This document shows positions 1 to 8,877 of a DNA stretch of 22,294 nucleotides, in pieces. The notes beneath the pieces were generated by a model. That model had not been told where the DNA came from, made no database searches, and saw nothing but the letters and a program-made list of their open reading frames with translations. Location of the stretch: positions 1-22,294 of IMG/VR virus record IMGVR_UViG_3300037333_000017; one strand, 5' to 3'. The stretch is from a virus. Lineage: Duplodnaviria; Heunggongvirae; Uroviricota; Caudoviricetes. Within the stretch, counting starts at the first letter, position 1, and every line of letters begins with the position of its first letter. The position numbers were made by a program, and so were the translations under genes.

Positions 1-318
1 TATTCCTATCTCTTTTATCTTTTGTGCGTTGAGTAAAATAGTAACCTTTGTCGTGGCTGGTGTAGCGAAAACGCCTAACTCCTGATCAGTTGTCATATGA
101 TGATATAGGTCATCACCATCTACAGCCAGACTAGCGAACAGGCCTCTACTCACCGCTGATAGTTCATCTAGATGCGCCTTAGTCGAGACTATCGTAGATT
201 CTAAACCTAGAACAAACGGGTTCGTAGGAGTATCAAAGTCTATGTTCTTCCCATTTAACTCATCAAACAACCCCTTTAATGCCGTTATAGGGCTAGATTG
301 CAGTGTCTTTATTTCCAT
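1..318 (-). CDS. Baseplate wedge protein, phiKZ gp87-like (T4 gp6-like); N-terminal part only, runs off the left edge
   Basis: Not in the ORF track. Manual translation from ATG at 318 (RBS AAGGA 5 nt upstream; overlaps the end of the 293-1330 gene) gives MEIKTLQSSPITALKGLFDELNGKNIDFDTPTNPFVLGLESTIVS...RGLFASLAVDGDDLYHHMTTDQELGVFATPA, open to base 1. The PTNPF..LE / LA...DLY.HM / FA.P pattern matches my recollection of the phiKZ gp87 N-terminus; synteny fits. Confidence 0.75.
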   Translation of the reverse strand, partial: MEIKTLQSSPITALKGLFDELNGKNIDFDTPTNPFVLGLESTIVSTKAHLDELSAVSRGLFASLAVDGDDLYHHMTTDQELGVFATPATTKVTILLNAQKIKEIGI

Positions 319-1330
319 CATCTTCCTTTTCTTTTATTTTTATGTAGTCTTTTGGTATGTACCACAATAGTTTACCTGCGTCAACATCTATATACGGGTA
401 CATTCTAGATTTGAATCTGGTGTAAAGTTCTTTTGGTACTTCATATAGACCGTGATCTTCTCCGTTTTGTAACTTTCTTATCATAGGGTTAAACGCACCC
501 ATTAACATATTAAAATCTATCATCGCTACGATCTTGTTGTATTCGGCACCGATACATTTAAGTCTTACTGATACCTCACTTACCCTAGTCGGAGCCTCAC
601 TATTGTAATCGAAAAGTCCAGCGATATTAATAACGTAAGGAAACCCGGCTCCTGTGTTCGCGAACATTTTTATGTTATTACTCTTTCGGTCTGTCAGTAT
701 GACGTATACTCTTGTCATATAGTCAACTTCTCTTCTTAGTATCATATCAAGGTATGGCTGTATCCTACCTTTGTGAACCTTATCCATATAATCCATCCAC
801 GTCATGAAAAGCGACGTTACAGGCATTGTTGGTACGTTCCTGAATGTTAGGTCTAAATCATACGCCTTGTAAATATCCACCGTTCCGTCCGCTATAATGG
901 TTTGTTGTTTTACTCTACCCTCGGAAGACGTCCTAGTATCGAGCACAGGGTCCGGCCATCCGGATACCTTTTTCAATGTGTTTGATAATATCGGTATGAA
1001 CGGATTGTAATTATCAACTATGTCAGGATTAAATTTCTGTGAGTTATAGAACAACCTAGGGTCTAATATCGCTCTACTATAACTATGTACAGTGTTTAAC
1101 TTATCTGTTAATAGTTTGTTTAATTCGGACGTTAAGATACAGTTATCCTCGGTTAGTCTAAGCTGAGGTCTCGTAAAGAATACGTGCGTCTCGTAGTCGT
1201 CATCGTCCTCAAGTGCTAGACCAGAGGCGTTAGGGTCTAGTCCAAAAAATGCGTTTGTAAGAGTCTGAGACTCACTAATAAATGGACTATTTAGTTTTGT
1301 GAAAGACTCCATATTTATAGTCTGCTCCAT
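293..1330 (-). CDS. Virion structural protein, phiKZ gp88-like (probable baseplate/tail-tube-associated, T4 gp48/gp54-like)
   Basis: 345 aa ORF with RBS AAGGAGG 7 nt before ATG. Motifs FFTRPQL, PFIPILSN, GWPD, DYMTRVY and G.FP....G.FDYN recalled from phiKZ-like structural proteins. It is divergent from the head-protein genes, as I recall for phiKZ gp88/gp89. Confidence 0.7.
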   Translation of the reverse strand: MEQTINMESFTKLNSPFISESQTLTNAFFGLDPNASGLALEDDDDYETHVFFTRPQLRLTEDNCILTSELNKLLTDKLNTVHSYSRAILDPRLFYNSQKFNPDIVDNYNPFIPILSNTLKKVSGWPDPVLDTRTSSEGRVKQQTIIADGTVDIYKAYDLDLTFRNVPTMPVTSLFMTWMDYMDKVHKGRIQPYLDMILRREVDYMTRVYVILTDRKSNNIKMFANTGAGFPYVINIAGLFDYNSEAPTRVSEVSVRLKCIGAEYNKIVAMIDFNMLMGAFNPMIRKLQNGEDHGLYEVPKELYTRFKSRMYPYIDVDAGKLLWYIPKDYIKIKEKEDDGNKDTAI

Positions 1331-1407
1331 ACATAATCCTCCTTAATCATGATGTCAATGAAAGTGTTTTGATATTTCTTTTGAAATACATTATATAAAG
1401 GATTTAA

Positions 1408-2424
1408 ATGTTATCTATACGACAAGTACTCGATATCTTTAACGAGTACCTAGACAATAACTCTAGTGACACAGAATTACTAAGAGCAGATGGAAATATG
1501 ATGAGAGTAGCGAATAAATTTATTATTCGTCCAGTTATGGTTGTCAATAAGGACTTAAGGGATTTCTCTAAACTGAGTAAGGTTATAGAATACAATACGA
1601 ACCTATTCGCTTCTTTTTATTCTATGGTCTTTGAAGCGCTAGTTAGCTTACATAATCTTGAGCCTAAGGTTGCCTTCAACCTACTGTCGTCAGATGCCGG
1701 AGACCTACTTAGTGGAATGGAAGAAATGGCCTTTACGACACAATCAACAGGTCTCATAGCAGGATTGGAAGCCGGCAAACCTACAAAACCAAACAAACTA
1801 GAAACAGTTTTTACGAGACATGTGGAGGTCACGGTAGATGTGGGACCAACAAGAAGACCGCTCGTTTTCCCAGTAATCATCCATACTACAGTGAAGTTTG
1901 TTAGTTCTGACGCCATCAGAAATCTATATAGCTCTAATGACGGTCAAAACCCATTAGATAGGTTAGACGACCTATTTGCTGGGAGTATTGAATTCTGGAA
2001 GGACTTTGTGTTTGCTATGGACTTAATCAGAGACTATAAATCTAGAAGACTCTTAGATAAGGACGAGGTTCTTAAGGCACTTAGAAATAGGCAGTATGTC
2101 GCTAGGTTAAAGCAGGTCAAGACAGACTATGCTGGTTTCAGTAAGTTATATCAGATGTTGGTTATTACAGACGAGGACGTTAAGAAACTTAAGAAGGTCT
2201 ACAGAAAAACCCTTAACCATGATAGAACGCGTGAGAAATTCTTAAATGACACGCTGAGTTTTTCGGCTACTCTCGTGGATGAGCTTCGTGAGTATGTTAC
2301 TGTATATATCAATGGACTAGAGAACTCCATAGGATTACGGTTTAAGGATTTAAGCGATTCTTCTAAAGCAGAGGACCAGATGGAGGAACTCCTAAAGATC
2401 CTAACATCAACAAGAACAATATAA
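1408..2424 (+). CDS. Virion head protein, phiKZ gp89-like
   Basis: 338 aa ORF, RBS AAGGA. IIRPVMVV...F..FY...F region; central GME/GLE motifs resemble S/A/G-x-E prohead-protease sites. First gene on the opposite strand after the gp88-like gene. Confidence 0.6.
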   Translation: MLSIRQVLDIFNEYLDNNSSDTELLRADGNMMRVANKFIIRPVMVVNKDLRDFSKLSKVIEYNTNLFASFYSMVFEALVSLHNLEPKVAFNLLSSDAGDLLSGMEEMAFTTQSTGLIAGLEAGKPTKPNKLETVFTRHVEVTVDVGPTRRPLVFPVIIHTTVKFVSSDAIRNLYSSNDGQNPLDRLDDLFAGSIEFWKDFVFAMDLIRDYKSRRLLDKDEVLKALRNRQYVARLKQVKTDYAGFSKLYQMLVITDEDVKKLKKVYRKTLNHDRTREKFLNDTLSFSATLVDELREYVTVYINGLENSIGLRFKDLSDSSKAEDQMEELLKILTSTRTI

Positions 2425-2433
2425 AGGATAAGA

Positions 2434-3306
2434 ATGTTTAAAAATTTAAAAAAGTTCGTTAGTAAGATTTTTACAACGACGCACAAGAAAAAAGACATCG
2501 TGACACGTGTACGCAACTTAGAAGAGATGCTAAATAATACAACCATCTTTATGTTAGATGAGTTATGTGATAGTATGCATAAAACAAGACCTACCGGTGA
2601 ACAAGCCGATAGGCTCACGAAACTATTTAAGTCTATAGGAACACACACACCTTCTGACACACTAGCATCAGTAACACAACTCAAAGACTTCGCCGTAGAG
2701 CTAGACGGATCGATAAAGGAACTAGTTAAAGTACTAGATGACTTAGAGGACGTAATAACAGATAAGACAATGACGAGTCTAGAAGCAGGTGTCATAGGTA
2801 CATTAAGTAACTTCGAGTCTATGACGGAGTACCTCACAGACCTAGCTTATTATGTTAGTTATGTTATTACAGACTCTGAAGCGAACCTAACGAAAGTAGT
2901 TGTTCTTAGAATAGAAGAAGGGGCTAATGAGTTTAATAAGTTATTTAGAACGTACAACAGAAACGATGTATCGACTGTCACAAAGAGCTTACGTAAATTA
3001 TCTTCTGTGAGAGTGCATGACAATGCTGTCTTCGCATTATCGGCTACTAAGTCAGATAAGTCTTTCATCATGCCATTCAATTCGTTAACGATAAATCCGT
3101 TCTATTACTTAGGTACTTTCCTAGTCGATCTTGAGATGTTATACTTCGACTACTTGAAGTATAAGAAAGAACTACTCGAGTTTAAGATAAAAGAGAGAGA
3201 ATATGGAAATGACCCAGCTACTAAAAAACAAATCGAGTATTACGAGAAACGTTTAGCTGAAATCGAAGCTAAGATGGATGCCATCAAGGAAGGTTACGAT
3301 GTCTGA
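2434..3306 (+). CDS. Virion head protein, phiKZ gp90-like
   Basis: 290 aa predicted helical ORF, RBS AAGGA. NPFYYLG motif followed by a C-terminal coiled coil (YLKYKKELLEFKI...KQIEYYEKRLAEIEAKM); synteny. Confidence 0.6.
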   Translation: MFKNLKKFVSKIFTTTHKKKDIVTRVRNLEEMLNNTTIFMLDELCDSMHKTRPTGEQADRLTKLFKSIGTHTPSDTLASVTQLKDFAVELDGSIKELVKVLDDLEDVITDKTMTSLEAGVIGTLSNFESMTEYLTDLAYYVSYVITDSEANLTKVVVLRIEEGANEFNKLFRTYNRNDVSTVTKSLRKLSSVRVHDNAVFALSATKSDKSFIMPFNSLTINPFYYLGTFLVDLEMLYFDYLKYKKELLEFKIKEREYGNDPATKKQIEYYEKRLAEIEAKMDAIKEGYDV

Positions 3307-3667
3307 TTTATCAAGTAGACTAGAAACGTACGTTAACCAACCCGTAACTGCCAATCTTATTATCTCGTCATATAAGGATATCTGCACCGTTGATCTCGTA
3401 GAGATACTTAAATCGTTTAACACTAGACGAACGTCAGTAGGAATGGCGATCTTATTGGATGGCCTAGAGAAGATCTTTAATGGAGGCGATGGTAGCATTT
3501 TAAAAACCTTTATATTGACTACTGATAAGAATGACATATTAGCTCCAGGAGACGTAATGAAGACTAGATCTCTGTCTCTTAGTTCTAATATAGGGGTCGT
3601 TACTAGCCTGTTCGATAGTCTCGGTATAGCGACAACATACCGAGTACTATCTATTATAGTTGCGTAA
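3299..3667 (+). CDS. Small hypothetical protein (position of phiKZ gp91)
   Basis: The ORF track starts at 3278. The ATG at 3299 overlaps the upstream stop (gATGtcTGA) and follows AAGGAAGG, so it is the likelier start (122 aa). Confidence 0.65.
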   Translation: MSDLSSRLETYVNQPVTANLIISSYKDICTVDLVEILKSFNTRRTSVGMAILLDGLEKIFNGGDGSILKTFILTTDKNDILAPGDVMKTRSLSLSSNIGVVTSLFDSLGIATTYRVLSIIVA

Positions 3668-3771
3668 CTCTCCGCGGTCACGACTCTGAAAGGCAGATGA
3701 GTATGACGTAAGTCGGTCTAAATTCTGATCAGAATTTAATAAAAAAAAAATAAATAACAAAAGGAATTGAA

Positions 3772-5052
3772 ATGAGTTTTCAAATTGACATTATTGGAGC
3801 TAGCGAAGAGTGGGGAGGTTCTTACGGTGACGTTAAACTTAACGAGAATGACGTAGCTGCTATTGAGGAAGGTAACCTATGGCACGCAACCGGAGAAGAA
3901 GCACTTAGAGAAGATGCTGCTTATGACGATACTCTAGAAGAAACAATCGAAACTGCAGAGACTGAGAAAATGATCATGGAAGGTAATGAAGAGATTGGAC
4001 TAAGTTCTGCTGCAATGGCTGTAGCTTCTTCTAATAGAATCTTCGCACCTATCGCTTCTGCTTCTGCTCTTAGACTTACTGCCGCTAACGAATCTATTTA
4101 TGACCCTAAAGCTGTGTTTGTTGCTGCGATTGAAGAGAAAATGGGGATCGTGCGTAAGGCACTAGAAACTATTGGTAAATTCGTAGGAAAACTCGTTAGA
4201 AAGATGAAGTCTGTTTTCGGTAAACTTGTAACAGCTGTCGGTTCTAAAGAGAAAGCTCTTATCGTTCTTAAAAAGAAAGTTGATAAATTAGGCGCGCCTA
4301 AACAGTTAACTGAAGATAAATTAAAATCTGTTGGTGAGCTTTTCCCTATGTTGGTTGACGGTAATAACAAAGTAACTACAGGCTGTGTGGATATCGCACA
4401 AGAGATTGTTGATACTGCAGCGTTACCTGTTAAGTTTAAAGCACCTACAGATCCAAAAGCATCTCTTAAAGACTTAGCTGCTAAAGTAGGTAAATTTGGA
4501 GCAAAAGTAATGACATTCGGATTCGCGTTCAGTGGCAATGAAACAGAAGCTTCAGCGCTCGATTCTAAGACATTCAAAGATGGTGTGGTAGATAGACGCG
4601 CATCAATCTTCGGAGCTAAGTTCACTGACAAAGCAACTGTTGAAGTTGTAAGTACTACTCTTTCACATATTCGTATTATTGTGTCTGAAGTTATCGACGA
4701 GAAGTTCAGAATCAAATACACTGTTATCCCGTCAAAAATGGAGGACAACACTGAATATGCAGAAGGTGCGCTTAATGTAGGTAAACTAAGTGCGTTGGTT
4801 GACAGCACCATTAAAGTAAGTAAAACGATTAAGAAAGGTTTCGACGAGTCAAATACCTACGGTAATGACATCCAAAAACTTATCGACTCTTCTATCAAGG
4901 AGATGAGAAAACCTGAAGCCGATTACGATCAAGATGCCAAAAATGCCCTTACAATGCTAAAAACACAAGCGAGTGTAGGTTATGGTATGGCTATGGATCG
5001 TTACAAGATCACAGGTCAAATCCTCACACTAGGTGAAAAGTTAGTCGGATAG
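3772..5052 (+). CDS. Inner-head (ejection/inner-body) protein with acidic propeptide, phiKZ gp93/gp162-type paralog family
   Basis: 426 aa, RBS AAGGA after an A-rich leader. Acidic N-terminal ~120 aa with A-x-E motifs (AIE 30-32, ANE 105-107, AIE 119-121), then an amphipathic basic helix (KMGIVRKALETIGKFVGKLVRKMKSVF). This is the architecture of protease-processed phiKZ/SPN3US head proteins. Codon choice (GCT, TTC, AAC, GGT) looks like a highly expressed gene. Confidence 0.75.
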   Translation: MSFQIDIIGASEEWGGSYGDVKLNENDVAAIEEGNLWHATGEEALREDAAYDDTLEETIETAETEKMIMEGNEEIGLSSAAMAVASSNRIFAPIASASALRLTAANESIYDPKAVFVAAIEEKMGIVRKALETIGKFVGKLVRKMKSVFGKLVTAVGSKEKALIVLKKKVDKLGAPKQLTEDKLKSVGELFPMLVDGNNKVTTGCVDIAQEIVDTAALPVKFKAPTDPKASLKDLAAKVGKFGAKVMTFGFAFSGNETEASALDSKTFKDGVVDRRASIFGAKFTDKATVEVVSTTLSHIRIIVSEVIDEKFRIKYTVIPSKMEDNTEYAEGALNVGKLSALVDSTIKVSKTIKKGFDESNTYGNDIQKLIDSSIKEMRKPEADYDQDAKNALTMLKTQASVGYGMAMDRYKITGQILTLGEKLVG

Positions 5053-5067
5053 TAAATAATGCTACAT

Positions 5068-5104
5068 AGTACTCACTACTTCGGTAGTGAGTACTTATGT
5101 TTTT
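5068..5104 (+). terminator. Intrinsic terminator with cUUCGg tetraloop
   Basis: AGTACTCACTAC-TTCG-GTAGTGAGTACT is a perfect 12-bp stem, followed by TATGTTTTT, just after the head-protein stop. Confidence 0.85.
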
Positions 5105-5128
5105 CATTTGAAAAAGAAAGGAGGTCCT

Positions 5129-6619
5129 ATGATTAAATTCAGAATACCTATAAACGATACAGATGAAACAATCGTTGCTCCATCCGTAGTATCGATAGTG
5201 AATAGACTAAAACAAGTTTTCCATATAGATAAATACGCTAAAATATCACTAGAGAATAGCGAGAGTCCATACATAAACGATAACTGGTCGGTAGGTGACA
5301 CGACTAACTCATCAAATTCAAACGCTCAAACTTCGATAGATGTTTCATACTCCGTGACCTATGACGAAGCTAATATAAAAACAACAGACGTTAGGAGGAA
5401 TAGGTCTAAGCCGATACTATATAGCGACGAAACGAAGTTTAAAGTAAGCGTCCTTTATATAGCATCTAAACTCACGTTAACGCTTAAGATAAAGTCTAAA
5501 TCTAAGAATAGGCTCGCTACGATACTTTCTGATTTACGCGTAAGAGCAATAAGTAATAGAGAAGTAGTGCAGCACGATCTTGTTTACTACTATTATCTCC
5601 AAAACTTCTTTAAATCACTTATAAGTAACTTTAACTATAATAAGAATACCGCATACGGAAGAATAGGTACTGATGACTGCGTGTCAAATGAGGAATACCT
5701 ATCTGGACTGATAGATGACAGATTTACATTATTAGGGGATATGAGCGGTTCTTTGTCTAGAACAGCCTTAGGGTTTAAAGAAGTACAAAGAGGCGCGTTA
5801 GGTAGGTTTACTGGCGATATGGTTAATAATAAGAAGACGTATGTGAAAGAAGAAGGAGTTTGGGAGACGGATATTGAATATGAGGTCCTATTTAAACAAC
5901 CTATGTATTACGACGTTGAGTATTATCAGATAGCCTATCAGTATAGGCTAGATGAGTCATTCACGCAGATGTTCTCTACAGAATCTAAACCTGAAGGATA
6001 CTATAGTAAGTACGATAACATGCTCAGTAAGTTTAATAACGGAAACTATATGAAGAAGTGTCTGCTTAATCTTAATGATAAGTATGAATACTTGAGAATA
6101 CCAGAGGACGATTTTGATTCCAATATACCGTTCATGATATACTATACAAGACTCCTTAGTGTCAACGTAACACTTACAAGTAATTCAGATATATTATTCA
6201 ATGTGCGAGACATTCCTGGCTTCACGTTCGCGGACGAGATTCTGACAATGTTGGAAGAAACAGAAGGCGTTCTCGCTCATAATATCTTTAATAGTTGTTT
6301 CTATATACAATTATATAACTTCGAAGAACAGATGAACGACGGCGTTGTTTATATGGATGACGCACTTAATGTAAAGCTATCCGAAGATCTTGATAAGTCT
6401 GGAATTTACAGAGTTGTATTCTCTGTCGTAACGGACCTATCTGTACTAATGCCAGTTGCAAGAGAGAGACTCAAGAGTAAATACGGGGAGTTCATGAGCG
6501 ACCTTACAGATCTAGGAACTTCGTTATATTTCACAGGCTTCACTCTTAACGATAGAGGTCAGACGTACTACGCACAAAGAAGTAATATTATAGGTAGATT
6601 CATGAAGGAGAATAAATGA
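5129..6619 (+). CDS. Virion structural protein, phiKZ gp98-like
   Basis: The ORF track start (5087) lies inside the terminator; ATG at 5129 follows AAGGAGG and is the likelier start (496 aa). Product assigned mainly from synteny and general recollection of the family. Confidence 0.55.
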   Translation: MIKFRIPINDTDETIVAPSVVSIVNRLKQVFHIDKYAKISLENSESPYINDNWSVGDTTNSSNSNAQTSIDVSYSVTYDEANIKTTDVRRNRSKPILYSDETKFKVSVLYIASKLTLTLKIKSKSKNRLATILSDLRVRAISNREVVQHDLVYYYYLQNFFKSLISNFNYNKNTAYGRIGTDDCVSNEEYLSGLIDDRFTLLGDMSGSLSRTALGFKEVQRGALGRFTGDMVNNKKTYVKEEGVWETDIEYEVLFKQPMYYDVEYYQIAYQYRLDESFTQMFSTESKPEGYYSKYDNMLSKFNNGNYMKKCLLNLNDKYEYLRIPEDDFDSNIPFMIYYTRLLSVNVTLTSNSDILFNVRDIPGFTFADEILTMLEETEGVLAHNIFNSCFYIQLYNFEEQMNDGVVYMDDALNVKLSEDLDKSGIYRVVFSVVTDLSVLMPVARERLKSKYGEFMSDLTDLGTSLYFTGFTLNDRGQTYYAQRSNIIGRFMKENK

Positions 6620-7779
6620 TAGGTTCTACACAACCACCTCTAGAAGAAGCGATAACAGATAGCGTGCAGGAACATATCGCTACGACAACCGTTATAGATA
6701 GAGATATAGACATAAGGGACATGACTCAATATATCGAGGGTAGTTCCTGGTCTGTGGATTATTATAACTCACAGTTGGCTAAGGATGACATAGCGAGTCC
6801 TCAAGATATCGTAACAGACTCCGTTATAGAGCAGTACGTTAAGTATAATGGTCTAGAACTTAAAGTAACTACACCTATAGAGAATGTATCATTTACAGAT
6901 GTCGAAGGTGAAGCTATTATTACTGACATAACGCCGACACAAGGTGACTCATTCGTAGCAGAACTGAGTGGTAACATAAAATGTATATTTAGGGTCATAG
7001 AAGTAGATAGGAACCTCTATAACTTCAAGCCTATATTTACGATAAAATATAAACTAAATACTATATTAACAAAAACAACTGTTGCGACATTCAATGATCT
7101 AAACTCTAAGGTTATACGTGAGTTCTATTACGATAGTAAAGCTATGTTCGAGAAGAAGAGAGCTATCGTATCTAAGGAAACGCTTAGGTTCAGGCGTGAT
7201 ATAGATAGGCACTTACGCAGTCTCACGAGTACATATTTCGATGAGTTTATGTTAGATAGAGTAGGTTCATTAGTTCTACCGTATGATGGAATAGTTATAG
7301 ATCCAGTGTTAGAGGAATTTATTTTTAAGACCTTTACTTATAATGATATTTCCAAGATTAGGCGGATGTCACGACTGGGCGGTTCTGACTCTATGATGCT
7401 GGATACAGTATATAACAATATACTGTATCAAGAACCTATGACAGAGTATACTAAGAAATACATCTGTATAAACACTAGTACGTATAGTAAAACAGACGTA
7501 TTCTTAAAGACATTGAGGCACTACGGGATAACAGGCAAAGTAACGTATGAGACGACAGAAGGAGATGATGTAGTTTATGATTTCACAACAGATAAGGCTA
7601 TTGAGGTGATGGGACACGTTAATAGACACATTAACGACAGAGCATACGACCAAGAAGGAATAGCTTCGTTATTTACAGAATATAGGAGGTGGGACAAATT
7701 AGATAAGTTTTTCTTAGTTCCGATACTATATGTGTTAGCGAAACAAGCTAGTAAGTACTCTTACGATGTTGGAGTCTAA
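6616..7779 (+). CDS. Virion structural protein, phiKZ gp99-like
   Basis: 387 aa, RBS AAGGAG, ATGA overlap with the upstream stop. IEGSSWSVDYYNSQL..D...QY....LELKV and P.QGD.F.A motifs recalled from this conserved phiKZ-like family. Confidence 0.7.
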   Translation: MIGSTQPPLEEAITDSVQEHIATTTVIDRDIDIRDMTQYIEGSSWSVDYYNSQLAKDDIASPQDIVTDSVIEQYVKYNGLELKVTTPIENVSFTDVEGEAIITDITPTQGDSFVAELSGNIKCIFRVIEVDRNLYNFKPIFTIKYKLNTILTKTTVATFNDLNSKVIREFYYDSKAMFEKKRAIVSKETLRFRRDIDRHLRSLTSTYFDEFMLDRVGSLVLPYDGIVIDPVLEEFIFKTFTYNDISKIRRMSRLGGSDSMMLDTVYNNILYQEPMTEYTKKYICINTSTYSKTDVFLKTLRHYGITGKVTYETTEGDDVVYDFTTDKAIEVMGHVNRHINDRAYDQEGIASLFTEYRRWDKLDKFFLVPILYVLAKQASKYSYDVGV

Positions 7780-7780
7780 T

Positions 7781-8236
7781 ATGAACAGATATCTTGTTAA
7801 GGTACTCTATATATCGCTATTTGAGATGGACTCACAACCAACTAGGGCTACTATAGTTGTATCAGATAGGAACAGTAAGAAAGTGTTGAGGGATGCGGAT
7901 AGAGACGTAAGAACAACGATGGTCGGTATAGATAGACTAGCAACAGTCGTTTCCAACGGTTTTGACTTTATGCTACTTGACCATAGTAAAGCACTCGATA
8001 TGTATAAAGAAACACACAACAAGTTGAGAGAGTTAGATAACTCTAGAGAGATAAAACGCTACATGTCTCGCGATGATGATGTAGATGGTTACGAATACGA
8101 AAAGTACACTGAACTACTGCGGTACATACTAGAAAAGTATGAGACATACATAGGCGAATATAGAACCGGTAACGTAGGCGTTAAACGAGGCTTAAAGTCG
8201 CACACTAAGCGAAGAACAAATAGAAAGGAACATTAA
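7781..8236 (+). CDS. Hypothetical protein
   Basis: The ORF track start is 7766; ATG at 7781 has GGAG 6 nt upstream and is preferred (151 aa). Basic C-terminus; no recognised motif. Confidence 0.7.
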   Translation: MNRYLVKVLYISLFEMDSQPTRATIVVSDRNSKKVLRDADRDVRTTMVGIDRLATVVSNGFDFMLLDHSKALDMYKETHNKLRELDNSREIKRYMSRDDDVDGYEYEKYTELLRYILEKYETYIGEYRTGNVGVKRGLKSHTKRRTNRKEH

Positions 8237-8856
8237 TGGAACTAACAAAGAACAGAGTTTACAAAAGAATATTAGTTGGGTTAGATAAAGACGGAAGTCT
8301 CGAGAACCTTAGAGCGGTAGCGAAAACAATAACGCTACCAGGTGAGTTTGTAAAACTAGTAGAAGATGACAATGTGGAAGAAGAACTACTCGAAGTAGCT
8401 ATATTGAAACTAAAGAACTACGTAGAGTCTCTTATTTCTACATACAAACCAAGTATGCCGGAAGAAGTCTTAGAGGTAGTCATAAGAGCAGCTAAAGAAT
8501 TGCAGGACCCAAAAGAAGAGTTTAAGGACCGCGCTAAAGAGACCCTAGATATTAGCACGGCTAATGCCGTAGCTAGATTGACAGCCATATTAGTGAACGT
8601 AACGCCTGTCTATAATGAACTCGCATCAGATTCTGCAAGGGAGTCATTGGTCAAAACACTACATGCCAACATAGAAACAATAGAACTCGACATATATGTG
8701 ACAGAGGGATTAGGTTTAGTGAACGAGTGTCTGAACAATGACGAATCTCCGTTCGGCTTTATAGCAGACAAGATATATACACTATGTAAGACTATAGACG
8801 TATTAAAAGTAGAGGAACTCTTAAGAGATGTTTCGGACAAAGGAGCGCATGTTTAG
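8236..8856 (+). CDS. Hypothetical helical protein (position of phiKZ gp100)
   Basis: 206 aa, RBS AAGGA, TAATG overlap with the upstream gene; acidic and helical; no recognised motif. Confidence 0.7.
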   Translation: MELTKNRVYKRILVGLDKDGSLENLRAVAKTITLPGEFVKLVEDDNVEEELLEVAILKLKNYVESLISTYKPSMPEEVLEVVIRAAKELQDPKEEFKDRAKETLDISTANAVARLTAILVNVTPVYNELASDSARESLVKTLHANIETIELDIYVTEGLGLVNECLNNDESPFGFIADKIYTLCKTIDVLKVEELLRDVSDKGAHV

Positions 8857-8875
8857 GCCTAGGCCTAAACATGCG
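8846..8875. repeat. 30-bp perfect loopless palindrome
   Basis: CGCATGTTTAGGCCT|AGGCCTAAACATGCG equals its own reverse complement; it spans the stop of the 206 aa gene. Confidence 0.95.
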
Positions 8876-8877
8876 AT

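Noticed and set aside
3668-3720. Possible hammerhead ribozyme (CAGATGAG resembles the CUGAUGA core)
   Set aside because: The core is mismatched, and there is no correctly placed GAAA / UH junction or three-stem arrangement.
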